From positions 62,001 to 126,000 of the forward strand of contig NIVC01002789.1 in assembly GCA_002269645.1 (NCBI GenBank): a stretch of DNA of 64,000 nucleotides, given 5' to 3'. Below the pieces are notes generated by a model. That model saw nothing but the letters and a program-made list of their open reading frames with translations. It did not search any database and had not been told where the DNA came from. Shown here in pieces: positions 25,601 through 36,573 of the stretch; the first letter of the stretch is position 1, and the number at the start of each line of letters is the position of its first letter. A program made the translations under genes and the position numbers. Source of the stretch: Macrostomum lignano. Its lineage: Eukaryota.

Positions 25601-28365
25601 CTGAACTCCTTGAAACACTGAACTGCTTGATCCACTGAACTTCTTGACCCAAAGAACTCCTTGACCCACTGAACTCCTTGACCCACTGAACTCCTTGACC
25701 CACTGAACTCCTTGACCCACTGAACTCCTTGACCCACTGAACTCCTTGAAACACTGAACTCCTTGACCCACGGAACTGCTCGACCCACTGAACTCCTTGA
25801 AACACTGAACTGCTTGACCCACTGAACTTCTTGACCCAAAGAACTCCTTGACCCACTGAACTCCTTGAAACACTGAACTCCTTGACCCACTGAACTCCTT
25901 GAAACACTGAACTGCTTGACCCACTGAACTTCTTGACCCAAAGAACTCCTTGACCCACTGAACTCCTTGACCCACTGAACTGCTTGACCCACGGAACTCC
26001 TTGACCCACTGAACTCCTTGAAACACTGAACTGCTTGACCCACGGAACTCCTTGACCCACTGAACTCCTTGACCAATGGAACTGCTTGACCCACTGAACT
26101 CCTTGACCAATGGAACTGCTTGACCCACTGAACTCCTTGACCCACTGAACTCCTTGACCCACTGAACTCCTTGACCCACGGAACTCCTTGACCCACGGAA
26201 CTCCTTGACCCACAGAACTGCTTGACCCACGGAACTCCTTGACCCACTGAACTCCTTGACCCACTGAACTCCTTGACCCACGGAACTCCTTGACCCACTG
26301 AACTCCTTGACCCACGGAACTCCTTGACCCACTGAACTTCTTGACCCAAAGAACTCCTTGACCCACGGAACTCCTTGACCCACTGAACTCCTTGACCCAC
26401 TGAACTCCTTGACCCACGGAACTCCTTGAACCAAAGAACTCCTTGACCCACGGAACTCCTTGACCCACGGAACTGCTCGACCCACTGAACTCCTTGAAAC
26501 ACTGAACTGCTTGACCCACTGAACTTCTTGACCCAAAGAACTCCTTGACCCACGGAACTCCTTGACCCACTGAGCTCCTTGACCCACGGAACTGCTCGAC
26601 CCACTGAACTCCTTGACCCACGGAACTCCTTGAACCAAAGAACTCCTTGACCCACGGAACTCCTTGACCCACTGAACTCCTTGACCCACGGAACTGCTCG
26701 ACCCACTGAACTCCTTGAAACACTGAACTGCTTGACCCACTGAACTTCTTGACCCAAAGAACTCCTTGACCCACTGAACTCCTTGAAACACTGAACTCCT
26801 TGACCCACTGAACTCCTTGAAACACTGAACTGCTTGACCCACTGAACTTCTTGACCCAAAGAACTCCTTGACCCACTGAACTCCTTGACCCACTGAACTG
26901 CTTGACCCACGGAACTCCTTGACCCACTGAACTCCTTGAAACACTGAACTGCTTGACCCACGGAACTCCTTGACCCACTGAACTCCTTGACCAATGGAAC
27001 TGCTTGACCCACTGAACTCCTTGACCAATGGAACTGCTTGACCCACTGAACTCCTTGACCCACTGAACTCCTTGACCCACTGAACTCCTTGACCCACGGA
27101 ACTCCTTGACCCACGGAACTCCTTGACCCACTGAACTCCTTGACCCACTAAACTCCTTGACCCACTGAACTCCTTGACCCACTGAACTCCTTGACCCACG
27201 GAACTCCTTGACCCACTGAACTCCTTGACCCACGGAACTGCTCGACCCACTGAACTCCTTGACCCACGGAACTGCTCGACCCACTGAACTCCTTGACCCA
27301 CGGAACTCCTTGACCCACTGAACTCCTTGAAACACTGAACTGCTTGACCCACTGAACTTCTTGACCCAAAGAACTCCTTGACCCACTGAACTCCTTGACC
27401 CACTGAACTCCTTGACCCACTGAACTCCTTGACCCACGGAACTCCTTGACCCAAAGAACTCCTTGACCCACTGAACTCCTTGAAACACTGAACTGCTTGA
27501 CCCACAGAACTGCTTGACCCACGGAACTCCTTGACCCACTGAACTCCTTGACCCACTGAACTCCTTGACCCACTGAACTCCTTGACCCACTGAACTCCTT
27601 GAAACACTGAACTGCTTGACCCACTGAACTTCTTGACCCAAAGAACTCCTTGACCCACGGAACTCCTTGACCCACTGAACTCCTTGACCCACTGAACTCC
27701 TTGACCCACGGAACTCCTTGAACCAAAGAACTCCTTGACCCACGGAACTCCTTGACCCACGGAACTGCTCGACCCACTGAACTCCTTGAAACACTGAACT
27801 GCTTGACCCACTGAACTTCTTGACCCAAAGAACTCCTTGACCCACGGAACTCCTTGACCCACTGAGCTCCTTGACCCACGGAACTGCTCGACCCACTGAA
27901 CTCCTTGACCCACGGAACTCCTTGAACCAAAGAACTCCTTGACCCACGGAACTCCTTGACCCACTGAACTCCTTGACCCACGGAACTGCTCGACCCACTG
28001 AACTCCTTGAAACACTGAACTGCTTGACCCACTGAACTTCTTGACCCAAAGAACTCCTTGACCCACTGAACTCCTTGAAACACTGAACTGCTTGATCCAC
28101 TGAACTTCTTGACCCAAAGAACTCCTTGACCCACTGAACTCCTTGAAACACTGAACTCCTTGACCCACTGAACTCCTTGACCCACTGAACTCCTTGACCC
28201 ACTGAACTCCTTGACCCACTGAACTCCTTGAAACACTGAACTGCTTGACCCACTGAACTCCTTGACCCACTGAACTCCTTGACACACTGAACTCCTTGAC
28301 CCACTGAACTCCTTGACCCACGGAACTCCTTGACCCACGGAACTGCTCGACCCACTGAACTCCTT
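22688..28365. repeat. 17-bp satellite, ~5.7 kb (~330 monomers) with block duplications
   Basis: Consensus gaactccttgacccact with recurring variants (...cacg, ...aaacact, gaactgctt..., gaacttcttgacccaaa, ...ccaatg). Confidence 0.99.
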
Positions 28366-29209
28366 ACGGAAGTCTTTTATCCACCAGACAGGGAAACACT
28401 AAAGAGATTCCGTATTTCCAAACGCTAAGCCCCCAACAGTCCGGAGTCAAAGCAGACAGCAGAAGCGCATTGCAACCTAAGTAGCAATTTCAACGTAAAA
28501 AACTTTAAAGTGGCTCCGAGGCTGCTTCAAGTGGTCGCCGAATATGGCAGAATTTACAACTGCTTTTAGAAGCGGGCAATTTTTGCACTTAAAAGCCGGC
28601 GGAACTGCTGGGATGGTTTCCTAGAAGCAATTTATCAGAGCACCGGGCAGCCGGGGTCTCCGCGAATCGCAGACAGACGGATAACCAGACGGGACCTGAG
28701 GGTTGCTTGGGCTGTCGGCTTCTTTTGCTGCCAGACAAGACGGAAGCCTCCGTTCGCTTGTAGAGAGGTATTTTCTGTTTTGTTCTGATTCTTCATCTTT
28801 CTTAGCTTCGGGTTTCATTATCGAGGCGCTGGGGGTGGGCGGGTGATGATGAATGGTCCAGAGAGGCTGCCCAGCTGCCATGCGAAGGCACGAACTGAGA
28901 AATTCAAGCCAGCGCCTCCGGCCCGAATCCTGTGGAGAGATTTTGTTCAATTAGTTTTTTTAAAGTAAGCCAGGGGTTTTCCTTGGCTGCAGGGTGACTG
29001 GGTGGGGGGACTGTCTGGATTCTGGGGCTGTGAAATTTTTAAAACTAACAGTGCTTTGCGATTTTGATGAAAATTTACAAAAAGCCACAGATGCCTCTTG
29101 CCTTGATAACTGTTTGGTACTGGTAAGTCACGCTTGGGGCAGGACAGGAGAGATGTTCAAGTGGAGGTTATAGAAGGTGAGAATGAGCGGAAGGATGGCA
29201 GAGGGTGAG

Positions 29210-29357
29210 TGACAGGGTGTGAGAGTGACACAGGGTGAGAGTGACACAGGGTGAGAGTGACACAGGGTGAGAGTGACACAGGGTGAGAGTGACACAGGGT
29301 GAGAGTGACACAGGGTGAGAGTGACACAGGGTGAGAGTGACACAGGGTGAGAGTGAC
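29210..29357. repeat. 16-bp minisatellite
   Basis: Unit gggtgagagtgacaca, ~9 copies. Confidence 0.92.
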
Positions 29358-29984
29358 GCATGGAGAGGAGTGAGAGGAACGAACTCCTGATAATCAGACC
29401 AGGCAACTCTTAAAAAGAAGAAGTACGCGCCTGTTATACTTGGCGAGTGGCAGAGAGTGAAGAGTGAAGCTGAGCATTGTGAAAAGTGCAGACTTCGTCA
29501 CCTATGCTCAAGGACAGGACTGAATGCTTGAACACCTTTGGTCCCATCTGTCTTCTCCACTGTAAAATTTTGTACTTCTGTCTGCTTTTTCATTCGATTT
29601 TTTAACTCTTGTACGGCTTGCTGCTGCTGCTGCTGCTGCGCACAAGCATATCCTGCAGCAATGAAGCCACCTCAAAGAGTCTGCAGGCAGAAGGCAATAA
29701 ATCCTGCAGCAGCAGCCGTTGAAACAACTATAATTTGCGTTGAACTGTCCAATTTCTGTTGCGTCAAATTTGAAAACGAAATGCATGGTGATGACGGTGA
29801 CTCATAAATTGGCAGACTTGTCTGGGGCAGACAGTCAGCAATTGAATTACTGGTAAACTTTCTTGTGCAGACTCGTTATATTGAGTCTGAAGAAGGCTGG
29901 CAAAGTACGAGTACTTCGAGAAGCTATTCTAGAATTGGGGAAGGGGAGAGGATGGAAAAGAGAAAAGAGAAAGGATGGGGATGG

Positions 29985-30067
29985 GGAGAGGAGAGAAGAG
30001 AGAGGAGGGAGGAGATGAGAAAGGAGAGAGGAGAGCTGAGAGAGGAGAGAGGAGAGAAGAGAGAACA

Positions 30068-30150
<83 letters not shown>

Positions 30151-30269
30151 AGAGAAAAGAGAGAAGAGGAGAGAGAGGAGAGTAGAGAGTAGAGTAGAGA
30201 TGAGAGATGAGAGATAAGAGATGAGAGAAAAGAGGAGAGAGAGGAGAGAGGAGAGAAGAGAGAACAGAT

Positions 30270-30323
<54 letters not shown>

Positions 30324-31020
30324 AAAAGAGAGAAGAGGAGAGAGAGGAGAGTAGAGAGTAGAGTAGAGATGAGAGATGAGATATAAGAGATGAGAGAAAA
30401 GAGGAGAGAGAGGAGAGAAGAGAGAGAAGAGGAGACAGAAGAGAGAAGAGAAGAGAGAGAAGAGAAGAGAGAGAAGAGAAGAGAGAGAAGAGAAGAGAGA
30501 GGAGAGTAGAGAGAAGAGGAGAGATGAGGGATAAGAGATGAGAGAAAAGAGGAGAGAGAGGAGAGAAGAGAGAAGAGGAGACAGAAGATGGAAGAGAAGA
30601 GAGAGAAGAGGAGAGAGAGGAGAGAAGAGAGGAGAGGAGAGATGAGGGATAAGAGATGAGAAATGGGAGAGTAGAGAGGAGAGGAGAGAAGAGAGAAGAG
30701 GAGAGAGAAGAGAGGAGATAGGAGAGTAGAGAGGAGCGATGAGAGATAAAAGAAAAGAAGAGAGAGAGGAGAGAAGAGAGAGAATAGGAGAGAGAGTAGA
30801 GGAGATGAAATAGTAGAGAGGAGAGGAGAGGAGAGAGGAGAGATGAGATATAAGAGAAAAGATGAGAGGGAGCAGAGAAGAGAGAGGAGAGGAGAGAAAA
30901 TAGGAGAGTAGAGAGGAGAGAGGAGAGATGAGAGAGGAGAGAAGGGAGAAAAGAAGAGAGAGAGGAGAGGAGAGATGAGAGATGAGAGATGAGATGAGAA
31001 AGAGAGAGGGGAGAGAGAGG
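29985..31020. repeat. GA-rich simple repeat / polypurine tract, ~1 kb
   Basis: Direct read. Confidence 0.95.
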
Positions 31021-31574
31021 CAGACTCACTGTCTTAACTGTGAGTTTTAACTCACTGTCTCAACAATAAAGTTAAAAGCAGGCAGAAGCCACTATGGAAT
31101 ATGCTTGGGTGCAAGCCAATTACAGGAGGCGCCAGCATCAACTGTTTCAAAGTGCAGCTCAGCTGCACCGCAAATTTTCTGTCAATCTTGGGCCGCCCGA
31201 TTTCAGGAAGACTAAAACAAGCCAAGCCAAGCATCCAAACAACGTGGCGCGAGGTCGCACTCTCGTTGAACCCCTTTTCCCGCTATCTTTAGTGGCCTAC
31301 TTTTTCTAAGAAATAGCGGCGGCATTTCTAGGAAACGGAGCTCTGGCTGACGAGCCCGGGACAGTTGCGTCCGAGCCTCTGATGAGCGGCCGGCAAAATG
31401 CGACCCGACCAGACACCCGCATCCTGCCGACTGATGGCTTCTTTATCGCCTCTATGCTGAGCTGTTTGGTGCAAAAGTTCAGATTTTGGGATTTGGACTC
31501 TTGCTAGCATAGTTTCACTCTCATTGTCACACTTTTGTCACTCTCAGAAGTAATTATTCTCATTTTTGAGCTGC

Positions 31575-31660
31575 TTGTCACTCTGTTTGTCTTTCTGTCA
31601 CACTGTTTATCACTCTGTTTGTCACTCTGTTTGTCACTCTGTTTGTCACTCTGTTTGTCA
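31575..31660. repeat. 12-bp minisatellite
   Basis: Unit ctctgtttgtca. Confidence 0.85.
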
Positions 31661-32184
31661 CACGATCGTCCCTACTCTATTTCATTAGAATTCGCTAACC
31701 TACCAAAGCTTTTCAAACAAAGAAGCAAACAGAAAAGCATAAATAACGCAGGCAGGAAAGACACACAAGCCCTACCTAGCAACAGCTGAAGGCAGATAGA
31801 TACATCCCGGTTATTCCGCTTAAACAAACAGAAAAACCCGGGATTAAGTTCTTGGACTGCCGGATAAAGTCAGACTTAAGGGCGGGGGGCAGCCTTCCCT
31901 CCTCGCATTCTCGCCCTTCCATCTTTCGTCTGTCTTATCTGCCTGCAGGAGGAGAGCGCTAACCCCCCCCCCCCACAGCTTCGACTGCCCGTTTCCGTCA
32001 GCGAGCCAGCCATCAATAAGCCTCGTTTTCAAATGTTGCCGGGCCTGCCGCCCCAGCCCTCGATCTTGGCTCTGCCTGTTATCTTAAGATTCTTTCGCGA
32101 TCAAAGCGATTCTCTGGTTTAATGCCTCTTAAGCCTGGTAGGCTGCGGGCTGTTGCGGAGCCAGTGCTGACGTCTTTAAATACG

Positions 32185-32725
32185 GAGCTGAAGTCTCTCC
32201 TGAAGTCATAAAGTGGGGAGCTGAAATCTCTCCTGAAGTCCTGAGGTGTGGGAGCTGAAGTCTCTCATGAAGTCTCTCCTGAAGTCCTGAGGTGTGGGAG
32301 CTGAAGTCTCTCCTGAAGTCCTGATGTGTGGAAGCCGAAGTCTCTCCTGAAGTCCTGAGGTGTGGGAGCCGAAGTCTCTCCTAAAGTCCTGAGGTGGTGA
32401 GCTGAAGTCTCTCTTGAAGCCCGCAAGTGGGGAGCTGAAGTCTCTCCTGAAGCCCGCAAGTGGGAGCTGAAGTTTCTCCTGAAGTCTTGAGGTGGGGAGC
32501 TGAAATCTCTCCTGAAGTCCTGAAGTGTGGAAGCTGAAGTCTCTCCTAAAGTCCTGAGGTGGTGAGCTGAAGTCTCTCCTGAAGCCCGCAAGTGGGGAGC
32601 TGAAGTCTCTCCTGAAGTCCTGAGGTGTGGGAGCTGAAATCTCTCAAAAATTCTGAAGTGGCTTACTGAAGTCTCTCCTGAAGTCATGAAGTGGGTTACT
32701 GAAATCTCTCCTGAAGTACTGAAGT
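32185..32725. repeat. ~34-bp minisatellite
   Basis: Unit gaagtctctcctgaagtcctgaggtgtgggagct and variants. Confidence 0.9.
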
Positions 32726-33425
32726 GGGTCGCTAAAGTTTCTCTAATAAAGTCCCTGAAGCACTACTGCAGTTTTAAAGTACTCATACAATATCCAAGCA
32801 CCACTGGAATGTCTAGTAGTCCTTGACAGCATCCTAAATAAATCCGGTTAATTCAGCCGCACTCGATGTAAATATGATTTGAATAAGTTTTCGATACATA
32901 TCGGCAGCAGGGCGCCAGTCCTTTAGTTGCAGAAGTCGGGCATTCGGTGGTACGCATACATAAAGCTGAAAAACCGCTAATCAGGACATCCAGCCAAGGT
33001 TTTGAACATTGCAGGGAGATGTGGAGCATCGATAAGGACCGGCACGCACTCAATACACTGCCACGATGGCGGAACTGTTAAAGCAGCAGGCGATGAAGCA
33101 AGGAGGGCAAAGAGAACAGAAGTCGCGGTTTCATTCCATTTCATACTAATGAAAGTTGACTGGCCGAATTTCTGCTTCGGCTGCCCGGCTCTGCTTTTAA
33201 CAATCGGATTATTTGCCAAATACCAAACGCTGTGCCGCTCCTGCAATGTCCCGCAGCTGTGGAAGAGCCGCCTTGGCGACAAGGGGATTGTTGCGATTGG
33301 AGCAATAAAACTCCACTGATTTTCTGCGCCCAGCAACTGATTCAATAAGGTGTTCCATCGATTGAGGACCGTGCTAGGAAATGTGCTTGGTCTGCTGATT
33401 GGCGATGATTGGCGATTCCTCTGCG

Positions 33426-33426
<1 letters not shown>

Positions 33427-33483
<57 letters not shown>

Positions 33484-33484
33484 C

Positions 33485-33550
<66 letters not shown>

Positions 33551-33600
33551 TTAGATAGATAGATAGATATATATAGATAGACACATAGATAGACACATAG
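33427..33600. repeat. (GATA)n microsatellite
   Basis: Direct read. Confidence 0.95.
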
Positions 33601-34084
33601 CCAGACACATAGATAGACAGACGGACATAGATAGGCAGAGAGACAAGATTTTTAGGCGCAGACACAGCACAAACACGGATATGCAGGCTGAGATTTTCGC
33701 CCATAAAACAGGTGAAGCGCAACTTTTGTCCAAATATTAAATTGGCATTTATTGCTCAAGGCACCCCAGAATCGGCCTGCATATCAGGGCGGCAGCGCCC
33801 TAACAAGCTGATTTCAGGCTGAATTCAAGGATATTTTTTATCGATCAGCACCGCCTGATTACGAGCGCATAATTTATCAGCTCAGCTGTGCTAAAATCCA
33901 GCGGAAACGCTTCAATTTACGACTTCTGATAGCTGAATAACAGCAGTCTTTCGAAACGGCTGGCAATTCCCGAACGTCTGCGGTCGGGAACCTGGTTGGA
34001 ACTGGATACCGAAGTCTTGGACAATGCATGGCGTCTGTAACATGGCGATCTGCTGTCTGTCCATCTTACCTTACATCTAGCTAC

Positions 34085-34505
34085 AACATGTATCTAACTA
34101 CCTATGTCTATGTCTGTCCATCTACCTGCCTATCTTCCTACCCATCTGCATTTCTATCCACCTATCTTACCTGCCTACCTATCTACCTGCGTACCTTGTA
34201 CCTATCTGCCTATCTACCAATTCCTACCTATCTGCCTATGTACCAATTCCTACCTATCTGCCTATCTACCAATTCCTACCTATCTGCCTATCTACCAATT
34301 CCTACCTATCTGCCTATCTACCTTTCTACCTATCTACCTGTCTGCATTCCTACCTATCTGCCTATTTATCTACCTGTCTATCCACCTACCTATCTGCCTA
34401 TTTATCTACCTGTCTATCCACCTACCTATCTTACCTGGCTATCTATCTACCTGCCTATCTATCTACCTTCCTACCTATCTGCTTATCTATCTACCTGTCT
34501 ACCTA
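34085..34505. repeat. Degenerate CTAT/CTAC-rich simple repeat
   Basis: ctacctatctgc-type units; similar sequence resumes after the SINE at ~34880. Confidence 0.85.
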
Positions 34506-34506
34506 G

Positions 34507-34862
34507 TTTTTATTAGAGACAGGGATGCTCTGTGCACCCTGGCGCACTTTAAGCGACATTGTCGCACAACCGGCGAGAGGCATTACTGCCGATTCCGCCG
34601 ACTCCCCTGAGCAGGCACACAAGCGCGCGGATGCGTACGCAGGCACACACTCACACAGGAGTGTACAGCGGCCCTAACTTTATTTATCGCTAGGCATGTA
34701 CACTTCACTGCGCCTTGGGGGTGGGCCTTCAAGGGCGCTAATTGCACGAGCAGAGCCAAGCCGAGATTCCAATTTAGCCTCAGATTAATGTGACTGCACT
34801 CGGAATCGAGCCTGGGACCGCTGGCATATCAGAGCGCCGCGCTAGACCGCTAGACTACGGCC
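34507..34862 (-). mobile_element. tRNA-derived SINE, copy 1 (~355 bp)
   Basis: On minus it begins ggccgtagtctagcgg (A-box-like), contains ggctcgattcc (B-box-like) and ends ctctaataaaaa. Homologous over its full length to 48467-48831. Confidence 0.8.
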
Positions 34863-35834
34863 TACGACTCTCCCCTATTGGCCTGCCTATCTACATGTAC
34901 TTAACTCTAACTCTGCCTATCTACTCTACCTATCTAGCATAAACTATCTATCAAATGTCTATTCCCACCTGCTAAAGCTACTTAAGAAGCTGGCCTGCAC
35001 TGGCAATGCAGTTTATGATACACCTCTACCAGCGGATTGAAACTCCATCAAGGATAATGGAGATTGTCTGCTGTGCACAAAAAAGCAGAAACTCCCCGAG
35101 GCCACACGCAGCGCAGGATCCTGACGAATCCGCATCCCCACCTTCAGGTTTCAGTTGCCAAGGGGAGCGGGCGGATCGATCAAGACTTCAAGTGCGCTCT
35201 TCTAAAAGCAGAAAAGACCAAACGGCAGCTTCTGCGTTTAATCACAAGAGAGAGTTCGCCCAGGTGGCTTGCATTACCCCGGCGAAGAGGCACTGACTTA
35301 CCTGCCCCACTTCACTGGCGAACAGTAGAATTTTCGCCGCACTGCCCAACTACTTAAAGTAGCAACAGAATAAAATGAGGAGATTTCTGAAGCTCAGCAA
35401 AGAAATTTTAATTCTACGTTTTTACAAACGAATATTAACGAAAAACACTGGTCGATATACTGTGGATCTGTCGAAACAAATTGAAATTTATTAAAGTTAT
35501 TCAACAGCAAAGCGCAATTTAATGTATAGAAATTGAATAAAACTATTAAGTAACATTATAAGCAGCATTTTTAACGCAAGCTTACAGCACAGCATAAGCA
35601 AATTTTAAGTGCAAAAGGACAGAGATTGAACAAAGACCTGCGCAACTTTCAAAGTCGAGCATAATTAGATAACTAAGAGCATATAAAAAATCAAAATAGC
35701 ATCTAAATTACAGTAAGACAGACAAACAATTTCTAGAGGAACTTTTGGCTGAAAAAGAAGTCAATAGTCGACATTGAAAATACAGAATCTGTCCGGATTA
35801 AAGTGTCCTACGGAGAGACTGGACTCTTGACCGA

Positions 35835-36555
35835 TAAATAATGACCTTGACCCACTTGCGATCAGCTGTACTCACTAATTGTAGCCTTGACCAAGTAAGA
35901 TCTTGACCTAATTCTGACCGTGACCTACTAGTTCTGACCTTGACCTTACTTTGACCTTTACCTTCTAATTATGACCTTGACGTACAAATTATGACCTTGA
36001 CCTACTAATTATGACCTTGACCTACAAATTATGACCTTGACCTACAAATTATGACCTTGACGCACTAGTTATGACCTTGACCTACTTACTATGACCTTTA
36101 CCTACTAATTATGACCTTGACGTACAAATTATGACCTTGACGTACAAATTATGACCTTGACGCACTAGTTATGACCTTGACCTACTTACTATGACCCTGA
36201 TTTAGTTATAATGACCTTGACCTACTAATAATGACTTTGACCTACTAATTTAGAATTTGACCTACTAATTATGACCTTGATCTAATTTTTATGACTTTGA
36301 GTTACTAATTTCGACTCTGATCTACTTATTGTGACCTCGGCTCACTTGAAACAAACAATACCTAATTAACCATGTTCATGGAAAAAATTACTACAAATTT
36401 GACCCACTAGTTATGACCCTGACCCATTAACACAGTAATAATGTGACCCCACTGAAAATGACCTTGACCCACTAGTTAGGACCCTGACCCATTAACACAG
36501 TAATAATGCGACCCCACTGAAAATGACCTTGACCCACTAGTTAGGACCCTGACCA
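35835..36555. repeat. TGACC-rich repeats 3' of CCHCR1: 20-bp unit atgaccttgacctacaaatt (~35930-36330) and a ~65-bp duplication (~36400-36555)
   Basis: Direct read. Confidence 0.88.
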
Positions 36556-36573
36556 GCTTGCGCCAGCGCAGGC

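Noticed and set aside
22660-28355. Very long minus-strand ORFs (up to 1603 aa, GQGVQWVKEFSGSRSSV repeats)
   Set aside because: The 17-bp unit has no stop in any minus frame, so all three frames are open with the same peptide. This is a satellite artefact.
28621-28950. 109-aa minus-strand ORF and similar short ORFs at 12414-12659, 32977-33345 and 35006-35296
   Set aside because: No GC3 bias like the real genes, no motifs, no consistent splice structure.
35296-35388. Perfect cag|gtaagt donor on minus with an 85-nt candidate exon (possible fourth cistron); also resembles the U1 snRNA 5' end on plus
   Set aside because: No usable reading frame or downstream exon; the following sequence does not resemble U1.
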